From NCBI RefSeq assembly GCF_006345805.1, contig NC_043004.1:66774001-66838000 (forward strand): a stretch of 64,000 bases of DNA. The letters run 5' to 3'. This stretch comes from Octopus sinensis. Its lineage: Eukaryota. This document shows positions 12,769 through 25,509 of the stretch, piece by piece. A program made the position numbers and the translations under genes. The first letter of the stretch is position 1; every line of letters begins with the position of its first letter. A model generated the notes under the pieces. It was not told the origin of the DNA and searched no databases. It worked only from the letters and a program-made list of their open reading frames with translations.

Positions 12769-12770
<2 letters not shown>
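11669..12770 (-). pseudogene. PLE reverse transcriptase thumb + Cys linker + GIY-YIG endonuclease, frameshifted
   Basis: LNNLHPSLQFT, LPFLDIMV, TDIYYKHTDTHQYLNFKSCHP, QPKNLKTLL, KCNDSRCGTC, NLIYCIKC, YVGQTG, HRQQIRDP, FIDKFEP spread over several frames. Confidence 0.9.
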
Positions 12771-12812
<42 letters not shown>

Positions 12813-13321
12813 ACAAACAAGCAGACATGTAAACTATAACAGATTTTAAACAAAATCACACAATACAGAATCGAATCAAACGTAAATACCTACACAATGG
12901 AATTTATAGACAATCATCATTCAAAACAAATATATACTGAATGGTATACAAAGACTGTATCGCAGTGAGGATGTAGGAAATTAATTCACTGTTGTGAATA
13001 GGCAGAAAAGAATACTTTGAAAAGATTTACGGCAAATTGCATTTCGGAAGTACTGTGTTCTGTGTGTTCTCTACATACACACGGTTTTTCTCTGATTCTA
13101 AAAGTTCTAAATCATGTATAGGTATATCTATAAATTTATTTGTTTAGTTATTCATATATAATGCTTTATATACTTTATATAAGATATTGAATATATCTAT
13201 AGGTTTTCATTCAACATTCTACGTAATAAATAGTTGTTAACATCCTTTCTTTGTACAGTATATAGGTAGATATGTCATTCACTCGTTCTCTCCCTTCTAC
13301 TATTTATTTCTTTACACATGT

Positions 13322-13353
<32 letters not shown>

Positions 13354-13396
13354 ATATATATTCATACATACATACAAACACACACACACACGTGTG

Positions 13397-13440
<44 letters not shown>

Positions 13441-13506
13441 GTATGTTTATATATCAGTATATATAAACCTATATATATACATATACCCATACATGCAGTC
13501 AAACAG

Positions 13507-13557
<51 letters not shown>

Positions 13558-13568
13558 CACACATATAC

Positions 13569-13604
<36 letters not shown>

Positions 13605-13634
13605 ATATGTATATATGTATATAGGCAAAAACAG

Positions 13635-13636
13635 AC

Positions 13637-13700
<64 letters not shown>

Positions 13701-13735
13701 GGATAGGTTGATAGATAGATAGGTATATAGATAGT

Positions 13736-13809
<74 letters not shown>

Positions 13810-13810
13810 T
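13635..13810. repeat. (GATA)n microsatellite
   Basis: Read directly. Confidence 0.95.
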
Positions 13811-14166
13811 GTATGATACATAGATTGAGAGATATATAGCTGTTTCATTGTTTAATATTTGTATAGAAAATATATATCGATCCAACAATCTCTTACAAAA
13901 CACGTGCACACACATACATTACTGCGCTCGCATACACATACACACGCAAACACTCGCACATACACACCTAGACATACACACATACGTCGCCGCTCTGAAT
14001 ATTTCTCTCTCTACTTCGAATTATTACTGTTCCAATATTGAAATATGAAAGAATATACAGTAATTAGCTAGTAAGTTGATCGTCTCGGTTCTTTAGGATA
14101 TGAATGATCTATGCGTGTCTGTCTGGGTCTGCAAATGTGTGTTCGTGTCCGTATATGTAGAGGGAT

Positions 14167-14208
<42 letters not shown>

Positions 14209-14314
14209 TTGTGTGTCTGTGTGTATTTGTATGTGCTATAAAACATGAAGCAGACATTATATATATTTATATTTTATATAACGTTTCTGTTTCATGTTTC
14301 ATGCATACACACAA

Positions 14315-14372
<58 letters not shown>

Positions 14373-14529
14373 ATTTTAATTCGTTTAAAATGAAATCTAT
14401 ATTTTTCTGTGAAGATTTGAAGCAAAAATTTACAAATAAATGCGTATTTACATCGACCTGTACATGAGAATTTGGTTCAATTCTTGTCATTTACATTTCA
14501 CACTTTATCTCACATAAAAAAAATAATAA

Positions 14530-14775
14530 ATGCTCCCTTTTAAAGCCTAGCCAGGCTCATAGGCCCGGTTTCCCGGTTTCTATGGCGTATGTGTTCCTCA
14601 GCTGGATGGGACGCTAATCCACCACAGCGTTACTCATTTTTGCTAGCTGAGTGGACTGGAGCAACGTGAAATGAAGTGTTTTGCTCAAGAATACAACGCG
14701 TCGCTCGGCCCAGGAATCGAAACCACAATCTTACGATCATGGTGCTGACACGCTAACCACTAAATCACGCTCCTT
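14530..14775 (-). mobile_element. SINE family B, tail type 1
   Basis: Head TAGTGGTTAG...GGTTTCGATTCC, core CTTGAGCAAAACACTT...CCACTCAGCT, tail ATGAGCCTGGCTAGGCTTTAAAAGG. Confidence 0.8.
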
Positions 14776-15439
14776 TCCCTTTATCTCACATACACGCTCT
14801 TTATTTTTGCATCATCTGAATGATATCGATATTATTCAAAGTGCTAACACCTTACGTACGGTATCCATGCTCTTTCTTCGCAGTCTCCATTTCTTTCTCT
14901 ACTCCAGTTTTTTTCCCGCTGTAATGCGGTCCCATTGAAATAATTCTCTGCGGAAGATTTATCTTCAGTACACACATAGATTGATGCTAAAACCTAATAT
15001 CAGCCGCAATACTTTCACAGTTTTGAAAATGGTATAGACAACTGTCTCTCGATTCCCCATAGGTTTTAAAACTTATGGTTTAAATTTGTATGTTGACGCA
15101 GCATTTTATGTATTACAGCTTTTGCAAGGGTTATTAGTACTGTTGAAAAATTTCAATATCAGGAAAAAAAAATCAACGTCTTTATGTAATTATTTTTTTT
15201 CTTTCTCTATATCTGCGAAACGAACCATGACCGAAAATAAATACTAAATTATTAGTATAACTGATATTGCAAATTTATTCCTCTTATATAAATACTGTTT
15301 TACAGTAAATTAAACAAGTTATTTTCTTTCATTATATGGAGTCGGGTAAAAAGAACGCTAGACTACTTTGAACATGAGACGATATGGCGATTACAATTCT
15401 CGGTTAAAAAACAGCTCAGTGTCTTAATAACAAATCCTA

Positions 15440-15690
15440 TACAGATCAGGAATGAGGGTATCCTAGTGGATCAGGCGTTACGTTGTGTTCTTGAGCAAAA
15501 CATTTCATCTCAAGTTGATCCGCGACCACTTCGACAACTGTCGTGTGGTATAGCATGCACCACTTCAGGCAATGTAGATTAGTTGGATCGATTCAGTTAA
15601 TGTACAGCACGAACATTTGTTCACTATAAATACATCAGTTGTGCAGGTTGTAGAACCATCTTTCTCGTACTTCGAGAGTCTACCATCACC
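15440..15690 (+). mobile_element. Degenerate SINE family B copy
   Basis: GTTGTGTTCTTGAGCAAAACATTTCATCTCA core. Confidence 0.5.
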
Positions 15691-16290
15691 TTTATCTCGA
15701 CTTAATTTAGCGGACAGTCATTGCTACGTTACTGGCACTTAAGCTATTACTTCCGTTTCCTCCATTCGGCTTTTACATCCATTCCTCAAATTACAAAAAA
15801 CTGTATTAAAATATGTGGGTTTACATTATACATTTTGTACTAAAAATTTACTCCTGGAAAATTCCTCACGTTTCCACTGATTATTCAGTTACAATACATA
15901 TTTTCGTGCTGAACATCAGGAATATTAGCTTCACCAGTATGTTAAGTCTTGAACTGTGTTGTCTACAACAAACTAAAATGAAATCTAGCAAGAAAATCCA
16001 GTGTACTTAAGGTGTAATTGACCGAAGGTTATAAAACTCTAAAGACGTTTGTCCAGGATTTTTCACTGAGCAGATTAATAAGAATCCTATTGGTTGGAGA
16101 GGTCAATTTCCCAGTCATTGCATTCAACAGTATAGAAAATATCTGGATAAACCTCCTCAATATGTAAAACGATTACGGTTGCATTGCATTGATAAATAAT
16201 AATCGAGTAAAATAGAAATCGGTGTCGTATTCCATATACAGGCTTTCAGAAACATTGCCCTATCATACATATCTATCTATCTATCTATCT

Positions 16291-16351
<61 letters not shown>

Positions 16352-16809
16352 CTATATATATATATATATATATAATTTTTTTTAGGAAATATTAATCCAA
16401 ACTTTCAGGGAAAAAATTCAATTTAGAAATACTAAATCAAATTTCACACAATATAATATATATGTTATATTGAATATTATATATTTATATATATAAAATG
16501 AACCCCAGTCCGGACCCATAGTAACTTCGTTTATCGTCAATTGTCTGCATAATAGATCTGTGGTACTTTCGATTCAAAAGATGTAACCTAAACACACGCA
16601 TTGTCTAACGCGCATTCTGCATGAGTATTGTGTTAATCTATAGAACACGTACTTCTGGTATACCCTGTCACATTCATGGTAATTCAGAAGCAGTTAGTTT
16701 AGTCGATCGAACAATATATCTCAATGGGGTTCCACAAAACAAATATCAACTGGTAATGCAACTTTTGGGCACACCACCATATGTGTGTGTGTGTGTGTGT
16801 TTGTGTGTG

Positions 16810-17065
16810 TGAAGGCTCAGTGGATAGAGCGTGGGGCTCGCAATAACGAGGAAGTGAGTTTACATAGTGACACTTTATTACACGTTGCACAAGTTCTGTC
16901 AGCTGCAGAAATGAGTGCGATGTCACTGGTGCCGAGCTGTATCGGTCTTTGCTTAAACAACATCGGTGTGTAACAGCTGATTGTCCATAAAAATCCTTGA
17001 CTTGGAGGGTAACTTTCGAGGTGCAATCCCATGAGCATTCATGACTAAAGGGTGTCTTTTCCCAT
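16810..17065 (+). mobile_element. SINE family B, tail type 3, internally deleted
   Basis: Aligns to 58793-59136 (GGCTCAGTGG...GGTGCAATCCCATG...CATTCATGAC). Confidence 0.8.
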
Positions 17066-17256
17066 CACCCTATTACTCTTTATATATATGCGCAGAAGTA
17101 CAACGTAGATATAAAATATATAATTATGTATGCTCGGTATATCATGTTCCGCATCAAGGTTTTAGAAATCTCTTAATAAATGTACTTACATATTACATGA
17201 ACATATTTCGTTACTTTCCCTACTTATTTAAATTCAGGTGAACTTTGATTGTTTTA

Positions 17257-17454
17257 TACGAGGGCGTGCTGAACAGTTCCTGGCATTGACTAAAACAAAA
17301 TATAGGAGAATCAATTAATTATGATTTGTTCAACATTTTACTCTCTCACACACTTATTGCAGCGTTCCTTTAGTTTTTCTAAGACCTGTAAAATAATTCG
17401 AAAGTTTGGGCCTCGATACACTTAAAACCAGAAACTTTTCACCATGCCCTTGTA
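17257..17454. mobile_element. Mariner-derived MITE
   Basis: Imperfect TIRs TA-CGAGGGCGTGCTGAACAGTTCCTGG / CCAGAAACTTTTCACCATGCCCTTG-TA with TA TSD. Confidence 0.75.
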
Positions 17455-18619
17455 TTTGATAAAATATTTCCTGTTTTGAACATTCATTTTCTTTCTTTCT
17501 CAGTGGGTATATTTTTCTACGTATTATATTATGTTTAAAGACAGTTTCGTATATTTTCAGATAGATCTGGCGGTTATTACGAGAGGATCAAACGATCATG
17601 TAGCTGTTACGATAAGCGGTAATTAAATAATTATTTATATACATGAAAAAAGTATTCCCTAGGTAGTTGTAAATCGTTTGTCATATTGGATGTCATGTTC
17701 GTGCAAGTTATTCCCTTTCATGTTCCTGCTCACTTGCCTATATTTATTTATTTGAAAATAACGGTTGTTACAGGTGATAATTGTAACACATTTACTTTAT
17801 CGCTAAGTAAAAAGAAGAAATATAATTGATAATATGTTTGCAGTATTTCTCATACTTCACGAAAGAAAAAATTTCATGATTTAGTTTAAGTGATTATAAA
17901 TTTTTTGTATGTATTAAACTTATATAATATATGTAAACATTTAAAGAATAAACTCATTTTATTTTCAATTATATTAAATCGTGTTGATAGAAGAGAAATA
18001 AAAAATAAACAGTAAAGAATAGAAAATATATGAAAAACTCATAAATGTCTGTGATATGAAAAATATGCATATATTTACTCTCACCTACATCAATTTTTAT
18101 GTTATACATATAAATTATTCACGTAAGTTTTGTGTGATGATTAAATATTTTAAACATTTTGTTAATTTTCCAGACGTCTGAGATAAATTTGTTACTTTAT
18201 CTGTCGGTGCGATCGATAAACGAAATATATAATGCAAAATATACAGCACTCCCGTAGAAACGACTGCTTTGTAAGTATACAAATTTAACCGAGAAAAAAA
18301 ATAGAAAAAACTAACTACATTACAAAGAGCAACCAGATACATTTGTCTAGCCAAACATGATTGAAAAAGTGCTGCCGGGTTTTATTGATATTCAAATGCT
18401 AAATCTATATTCAGTTTATAAACTTTTTAGAATTAAGTAATACGAGATATTAAGTTAGGCTTTTCTTGCTTTATATATCACATTATTATTGACATTCCAT
18501 GAGCAAATATTGAAGCAGAAGAATATTAATAGCACTGATAACAATATATCTCATACGCCATATGTGTATACCGCGGATTTCTCATTTTAGAAACAAATTT
18601 TTAAGCGGTTATTTTTCCA

Positions 18620-19560
18620 TAGATTAAAAACATTTTCATCCTCAACCATAACTATGCGTCATCGAGTTTGTTAGCTAGGTTTTTAGAACGAAAATTTCAA
18701 TTTGTAACGTTTTCGTTGTAGCAAAAACAAGCATTAGAAGTTTTAAATTCAGTTATGTTATTCACTTCTGTCTTCATCGAAATTCATTCTTTTTCTCATC
18801 ACGAAATCAAAAATGCTTTGTACAATAATTTCCACTTCTCTTCAAAACGAGAGTCATTTGCCGGTGGACTGTATACAATATTCAGGTTGATGAAGCATCC
18901 CTATGTGAAGCACACCCATCTGAAATATGGCTCCAAGAATCTGTAATATGTTCAAGGTTTAAGTATAACAAATACCGGATATTATGCACTTATTGCTTCG
19001 CGTTGTTTCCATCCTCAGACATGAAAATCGATTCTGGCCGACTGAGCGAATGGGATAAATAAACCGTTTAGGTTTCCATTGTCAAAAGTGCGGGCTCAGT
19101 AAGCATTATGGAATGCTAAGAACATATTGAAACATTAGAACAATCCTGGTCATATAATCCATCGATAAATATTTGTACTTACATTCAACATCTATAGGAA
19201 AGGATATCCAAAAAAGGATACTAGGAGGATTGCGCTACACTCTCTGAACAGGATCAGCTTATGCGCAGTTAATGCCGTCGTAAAGTTTACTTCCGACACT
19301 TAAGATGGACAAGCGCAAATAAGCATGGGAAAATCAATGGAAGCAGTAGTCACCTTTACAAGTGAAACAGGGATGGATTATCATGCGACGACTCATTGCG
19401 TCGTTTGAAGAAGAACCCAGCGCTAAACTCCATTTCATGTGTAAGATGTTAAAATTGTCCTACACACTGTCTGTCCTCCTCATTCAGGTCAAGTTTTTCT
19501 TGTAGATGCGATGCATTCTCAATCTAAAATTTTGTCATATTCATATGGGCATAGCTTGTT
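18620..19560 (+). pseudogene. Very old MULE-type transposase relic with SWIM finger
   Basis: Ordered broken motifs LCVIEF, NALYN, ICRWTV (cf. LCxWHV), GIN..GFH, and C..C..C...FSCRCDAFSI*NF(C)HIHM (cf. CxC...CKHIH). Confidence 0.5.
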
Positions 19561-21230
19561 AAAGTTCTCTCTTTGACAAATCATAACCTAAATGACGTCA
19601 ACAACATTTTTGCCAAAACCAGAATAGCTTTCAATAGATATCATCAGAACGTGAAGGCGAAATGCTGGCAACACTGCAAATTGCAGAGAATATGGCATAT
19701 ATATTGGTTGGTCGTGGTCTCAAACAGAGAGGATCGAAAATAGTCGATTTTCCTGACTTTTCCTAGTTGTATACAGCTGCACTTGAACGCAGATATTTAC
19801 AGAAAGGCGAAAGATTTATCCGCAAACCCTACGATGATTCTCAATGCCTCTACAAATAAGATTAGTAACACGCTAGGGTCACAGGAGAGCTATGTTTCTA
19901 AGATTCTACACCAAAATATCTCACAAGAGACGAAGCTACATTAATATCAAACTGATGAATAGAAAAGGGATATCAGAAAGTCCAGTGCAAACGAATTGAT
20001 TCGACTCCCTGTTTGATTCGTTGGACAGGCAACAGAATATTTCTTCCCTGTATTGCGCATATCCCACTCTTATACATCAGTAAACTTTGGGTTTCGAATA
20101 AAGTTGGTTTAATAAACAATTAGTGCAACTGTGTTTATTTTCCTGCTTTTGCCTTAATTTTGCTGAAGAAAAACAAATCAAGCAAGATGCATTTGATATT
20201 TGAAAGATTCCGCACTACCTAAGAAAAAAGTTGCATCGGGAAAAAATTTCTTGAATTTTCCTTGTCCTCTTTCGACTCACGCTATCCTCCAGCCACTTAA
20301 AACTAAAATAACAAAATCTGAACAAATCAAAAGATCGCCATACACTATATCGCAATAGTTGGTGAGGCTTTAAAATATTTTATGGATAATTGTCCTCACA
20401 ATGGCGTCCGTTAGTGTACAGGAGACATGAAACTTCATGTGTTTATCACGAAAGACAGTTTTATGCTATTTTTTTCCTCGAGAATTCAATGTACGTTAAT
20501 AAACGTGCCGTCAGGAGGGGTTCTTTCCATGTTTGTTTGAACACAAAATTGAAAATGCTAAATACAAGTTCATTTGTAAAAGCAAAAGAAAAAAGATATT
20601 TTTTCTTTCAGGTGACACGCAACCAACATTTCAATCGACAAATGTTGGAACACCAAACCAATCGAAGAATCGATAGGCAAGAACGTGCTGTCATGTCGAA
20701 GAAACTGGAAACCAAAAAGTAGAAACTAATTTCTCGAATGCATGAAAACCCAGTATTGAAAACAAAGTTTGGTGCATCATATAATATGGCATGTCTAATA
20801 GGCCGAATAATATTGATTGACTATCTGTGAAAGAGAGTCGTAGGTCTCGTTACTTACAGTATATCTCGGACAAAGACCATGTGTAGAAAAACCAACTGAA
20901 AAAAATGAAAATAGTACGATAGTCCTTTGTGGCACTGCCACGTTATTTTGGCGATTAAACTTTAATATATATATGTGTGTCTGTGTATGTGAGTGTGTGC
21001 GTGTGTGTGTGTTATGTGTCTAAATTATACAAGTATATATATAATATATGTATATATGTGTGTGAGGGTATATATATATATATATATAAAATTAGTGCAC
21101 ATTTATACACAAAAGAGGTAACCCCTAACAGGATACCGTACATGATAAAAGGAAGTGTATACATATGTATGTAGATAGCTAATTGTAATACATTATTTAA
21201 GCAAAAACAGCATACATATATACATATATG

Positions 21231-21610
21231 AGTAATGAGAGAGAGTCCACATGTGGTCACTCTAACGCTAGATATAGATGCACGAAGGGAATCCACCACT
21301 AAAGAAATGTTCTCCAGAATTAATTCAACGCGCCAAGAATGTAGGCGAGCAGGACTCTATACAATTGTTTCACCGTTAATAGATTGTGTAATTTTACTTA
21401 CATAATCATTTTCGGATCTTCAGTAGAGTATATCAAAAAAATATAATTTGCTGAGTCGAACGCGTTAGAGTGACCACATGTGGACACTCTCTCATTACTT
21501 GTATTAATAATTTTTACTGTATCCCAGTCTTTATACGCTAGGACACTTGGTGTTTTAAATTGATGTTATTAATTAATATTCAATTTTTTTCAACCTTATT
21601 GTGATTTATA
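21231..21610 (-). mobile_element. Fold-back HHR element
   Basis: 38-bp inverted arms 21231-21268 / 21462-21499 enclosing a hammerhead; TA tracts on either side. Confidence 0.7.
21354..21429 (-). ncRNA. Type I hammerhead ribozyme
   Basis: ACTCTA-CTGAAGA-tCCG...CGGt-GAAAC-AATT-GTA-TAGAGT; perfect 6-bp stem I and palindromic ACAATTGT. Confidence 0.88.
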
Positions 21611-21684
21611 TGTATATATGTATATATATATTTATATGTATATATGTAGGTATATATATACGCACATACACACACACGTATATA

Positions 21685-21734
<50 letters not shown>

Positions 21735-21737
21735 TAT

Positions 21738-21799
<62 letters not shown>

Positions 21800-21869
21800 G
21801 TATGTATGTCTCTCTATAATTTGTCTGTGAGTATTAACAACAGTGTTTGCAGTATAGACTTCGACAATT

Positions 21870-22100
21870 TACTATTTCTTTACTGCCCACAAGGGACTGC
21901 ACACAGAGGGGACAAACAAGGACAGACAAACGGATTAAGTGGATTATATCGACCCCAGTGCGTAACTGGTACTTAATTTATCGACTCCGTAAGGATGAAA
22001 GCAAAGTCGACCCAGGGGAATTTGAACTCAGAACGCGAAGACAGACGAAATACGGCTATACATTTCGCCTGGCGTGCTAACGTTTCTGCTAGCTCGCCGA
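21870..22100 (-). mobile_element. SINE family C
   Basis: Full-length-looking copy of the 6440-6652 family. Confidence 0.8.
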
Positions 22101-22524
22101 TTTATATGATTTGTGCTATATATGCAGCTGCGAAGCAGAAGTAATGTGATTACGACTATGTAATATTAGTTATTATACGCGTTAGCAAGGCTGATTTCAG
22201 TACCAAGTGATCAATGTGACACCTTAGTCTTCTTCATAAAGCACAATATCGCTACATGATTCTATAATAAATCTCATATAAATAATAAACAGAGTAACCA
22301 AAATAATCGATGTAGAATAAAGAGAAGAGTACAAAACTAGTAGCGTCAGTGTTGCTGTGATTAAACATTTTGCGTGTTTAAGGCGTCAAAAATTAATATA
22401 CTAGTAATTATGTTCGCATTATTACCTATGCACATTGTGGACTCTACGTTACCAAAAACATGAATAGCTAAGAGTGAGTGTTTGTATGCATACATAAATA
22501 CATGCATAATATCTATATGTATAT

Positions 22525-22569
<45 letters not shown>

Positions 22570-22580
22570 ATATATATGCA

Positions 22581-22800
22581 AAGTACAGCGTTGCGGGTTC
22601 ACTCTCGCAGCGTGGCAGCTTGACCAACTATCTGCCATTATGGCTTCTTCCGATGAACAATATATATGTATATAAGTGAACAGGATTCTTTCAAATCCCA
22701 TATACCAAATCCAATCATAAATGTTCATCGAAAGAAGCCATAATGGCAGATAGTTGGTCAAGCTGCCACGTTGCGAAAATGGACCCGCAACGGTGTACTT
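22581..22800. repeat. 79-bp inverted repeat with 62-bp spacer inside (TA)n
   Basis: Arms 22581-22659 / 22722-22800. Confidence 0.9.
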
Positions 22801-23089
22801 GGGAATCAAGTTTCTTAACACACGATCGAGCCTGTTTACGTTATATATATATATATATTATATATATATATATATTATATATATATATAATATATATTTC
22901 GGAGATGTACTTGCATGGCAAGTGATTTTATCTGAGATCGTGTGCTGGAAGGAACACTATTGCAGCGTGGAAGGTGTTTGTAAGCCATTTAAGAAACACA
23001 CAAAAGCCGTTCGACTCACTTAAACATTGAAGTTTAATTTGTCAAAATATTTTCGTCGCTATAAGTTGCTTGATGCTACCTTAAGGCAC

Positions 23090-23828
23090 TGTTCTCCCGA
23101 CTGGCGTCGTTCATTCTTTCCATACTGCTACATGACGTGTCTTTCTTTTGCAATGCTTCTCTCAGGTTCGTCGATTTTTGCGATGGCTGAACCGAAGGAA
23201 CAGTATTTTCTCGTGAAATTCTGCTTCGAAAGACGGCGGCCGAAAGATTTATCATGATTAAAAAAGCTTACAAGTACGCTGCCATGAGAAAATCAACAGT
23301 TTATAAGTGGTCCTTTTCACGCTTTACCAATGGCTCTTGTTTGAGGAGCAACCTCGTTCACGAACTGATCTTGGAGGACCGTCACCGAACAATTGACGAA
23401 TGTGTTAATATGACTGGTGTGTCTGGAGCTCTTGCCAAAAAATTATAAACGAGGAATTTCAAAAGATAAGTTTTGCAGCAAATTTTATGCTCCGTTTGCT
23501 CATGGAATATTAAAAACAGTCACGACTGAATACTCGTCGTGTACTGAAAGAACAGTTAAAATATGATCCGGATCTTTTTCGAATATCGTCACTGGTGATG
23601 AAATCTGGTAGTACGGAACTTGCAGATGTCGAAGAAATGGATAAAACGATGGAGGCGTTAGAAGGCAACACTTCGCAAAAGTCCCGGCACTGCTTCGAAA
23701 AGTGGAACACGCGCCTGGACAAATGCATTGCTTGAAATTGAGTATATTGTGAAGGCGATAACAGTACAAACATGTAAAACTAAATAAAGTAATATTGTAA
23801 ATTTCCTGTTTCTTTTGGTATCCCCTAG

Positions 23829-23830
<2 letters not shown>
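23090..23830 (+). mobile_element. Internally deleted mariner element
   Basis: MAEPKEQYFLVKFCF, AYKYAAMRKSTVYKW, EDRHRTIDE, IVTGDEIW, CFEKWNTRLDKCIA; right end runs into (TA)n. Confidence 0.85.
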
Positions 23831-23880
<50 letters not shown>

Positions 23881-23883
<3 letters not shown>

Positions 23884-24202
23884 GTAAACAGTAAAATAAT
23901 TACAGACATGGACAAGAACATGAACACCACAAGAGACGACACAAGAACCACAGGACGGGCATTCAAGCCCTCATTCATCAGTCAAGAACCAGATCATCTT
24001 AGCAATTTCGGCTGATTAATCTTGAGATTGCTCCGATATGGCCAGCCGCCAAGGGAATCTAAGCCAAGCGCATTAGATCCCCTGGAGAAAGCTTCGAATG
24101 TATATCAACGAAAGGACGGAAAACGATCGAAGTACACAAACAAAATACAGAATACGTGACCACCAATAAGAATACAAAAACGTAAAAACATAACGGTAAA
24201 AA
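23881..24202 (-). mobile_element. (TA)n-embedded non-coding element with a permuted hammerhead; truncated sister at 33469-33545
   Basis: Bounded by TA tracts; GCATTAGATCCCCTGGAGAAAGC..CGAATGTATA...AAGGACGGAAAA recurs at 33474. Confidence 0.7.
23971..24032 (-). ncRNA. Candidate non-circularly permuted hammerhead
   Basis: AGCAAT-C-TCAAGA / ttaatcagcc-GAA-ATTGCT / TCTTGA-CTGATGA: perfect 6-bp stems I and III in exact register with intact core; stem II weak. Confidence 0.6.
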
Positions 24203-24529
24203 TAATATATATATATATATAATATATAATATATATATTATATAATATATATATATATATAATAATATATATATACTATATCATATATACAATGTATTTA
24301 TATATATACATTATATATATACAGTATATACCTATATATATATAGTATATATACACACACACACCATACATATATAATATATATATATATAATATATATA
24401 TATATATACAACTTATAAACAAGGGAAGAGAAAAACATTTCTAATGCCAAATATGCCGAATAGACACATCATCAATAACCATATAAGTCATCACTATATA
24501 TATATGTGTGTGTGTATGTATGTCAGTGT

Positions 24530-24735
24530 GTCTGTGTTTGTACCCCCAACATCGTTTGACAACCGATGCTGGTGTGTTTACGTCCCTGTAACTTAGCGGT
24601 TCGGCAAAAGAGACCGATGGAATAAGTACTAGGCTTATAATGAATAAGTCCTGGGGTCGATTTGCTCGACTAAAGGCGGTGCTCCAGCATGGCCGCAGTC
24701 AAATGACTGAAACAATTAGAAGAGTAAATGAGTAA
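24530..24735 (+). mobile_element. SINE family A, 3' half
   Basis: GACAACCGATGCTGGTGTGTTTACGTCCC...CCAGCATGGCCGCAGTCAAATGACTGAAAC. Confidence 0.85.
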
Positions 24736-25210
24736 TATATCCAATAATAGGGTCGATTTAGAGCTATAGAAGAATTTTCTTTATGCGTGGTTGTATATAT
24801 TTACTTATATTTTCTCGATCTCTGCTTCAGTTATTACATAAGCCGTATACCATGTTTTTCAATTGTATTGGAGAGCCTCAACTTTCCAAACACATATGTA
24901 GCAGTATGAGATTTCTCAGGTAAGACAATACGATATCATAGCATGACAAGGCTTTTGGATTTAAAACCAATACATTCATCAGACTTCTATACACTTCCCG
25001 TCTCCTGCAGATATAGGGTAGTTGCGAAATAACTTCATATTTTTAGGTTAATGCCCCTACACATGCATAGAGCTTTTCATACACATATAGATAAATTTAC
25101 ATACACACAGTCATACACACACATACATACGTACATATATGTGTGTGTGTATGTGAGTGTGTATGCATGTATATATCTATGCATGTATTTATTGAATGTA
25201 TGTACATATG

Positions 25211-25250
<40 letters not shown>

Positions 25251-25276
25251 ATGTATATACATAACATGTATATACA

Positions 25277-25307
<31 letters not shown>

Positions 25308-25330
25308 ATATGTTATAATATAACATGTAT

Positions 25331-25375
<45 letters not shown>

Positions 25376-25447
25376 ATAGTAATGCAATACGAGAGTATTG
25401 CTCTCGAGTAAAGGATAGCCCGTGAGGGTAAAATTATACATAAAAGT

Positions 25448-25509
25448 AAATAAATGGTACAACGAAGCATTTTCCAGTAAATATCGGTGCTTCGTTGTAC
25501 CATTTATTT
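25448..25509. repeat. Perfect 22-bp inverted repeat ending a TA-embedded insert (25371-25510)
   Basis: AAATAAATGGTACAACGAAGCA / TGCTTCGTTGTACCATTTATTT. Confidence 0.85.

Larger units (their letters stand above)
11085..12770 (-). mobile_element. 5'-truncated Penelope-like element (Neptune-like) between (TA)n tracts
   Basis: RT C-terminus, GIY-YIG endonuclease and 3' non-coding region; (TA)n on both sides. Confidence 0.9.

Noticed and set aside
19615-19655. Minus-strand CTGATGA...GAAAGCTA as a hammerhead
   Set aside because: No stem I complement
24940-24990. Minus-strand CTGATGA with downstream AAAAGCCTTGTC
   Set aside because: No GAAA and no convincing stems
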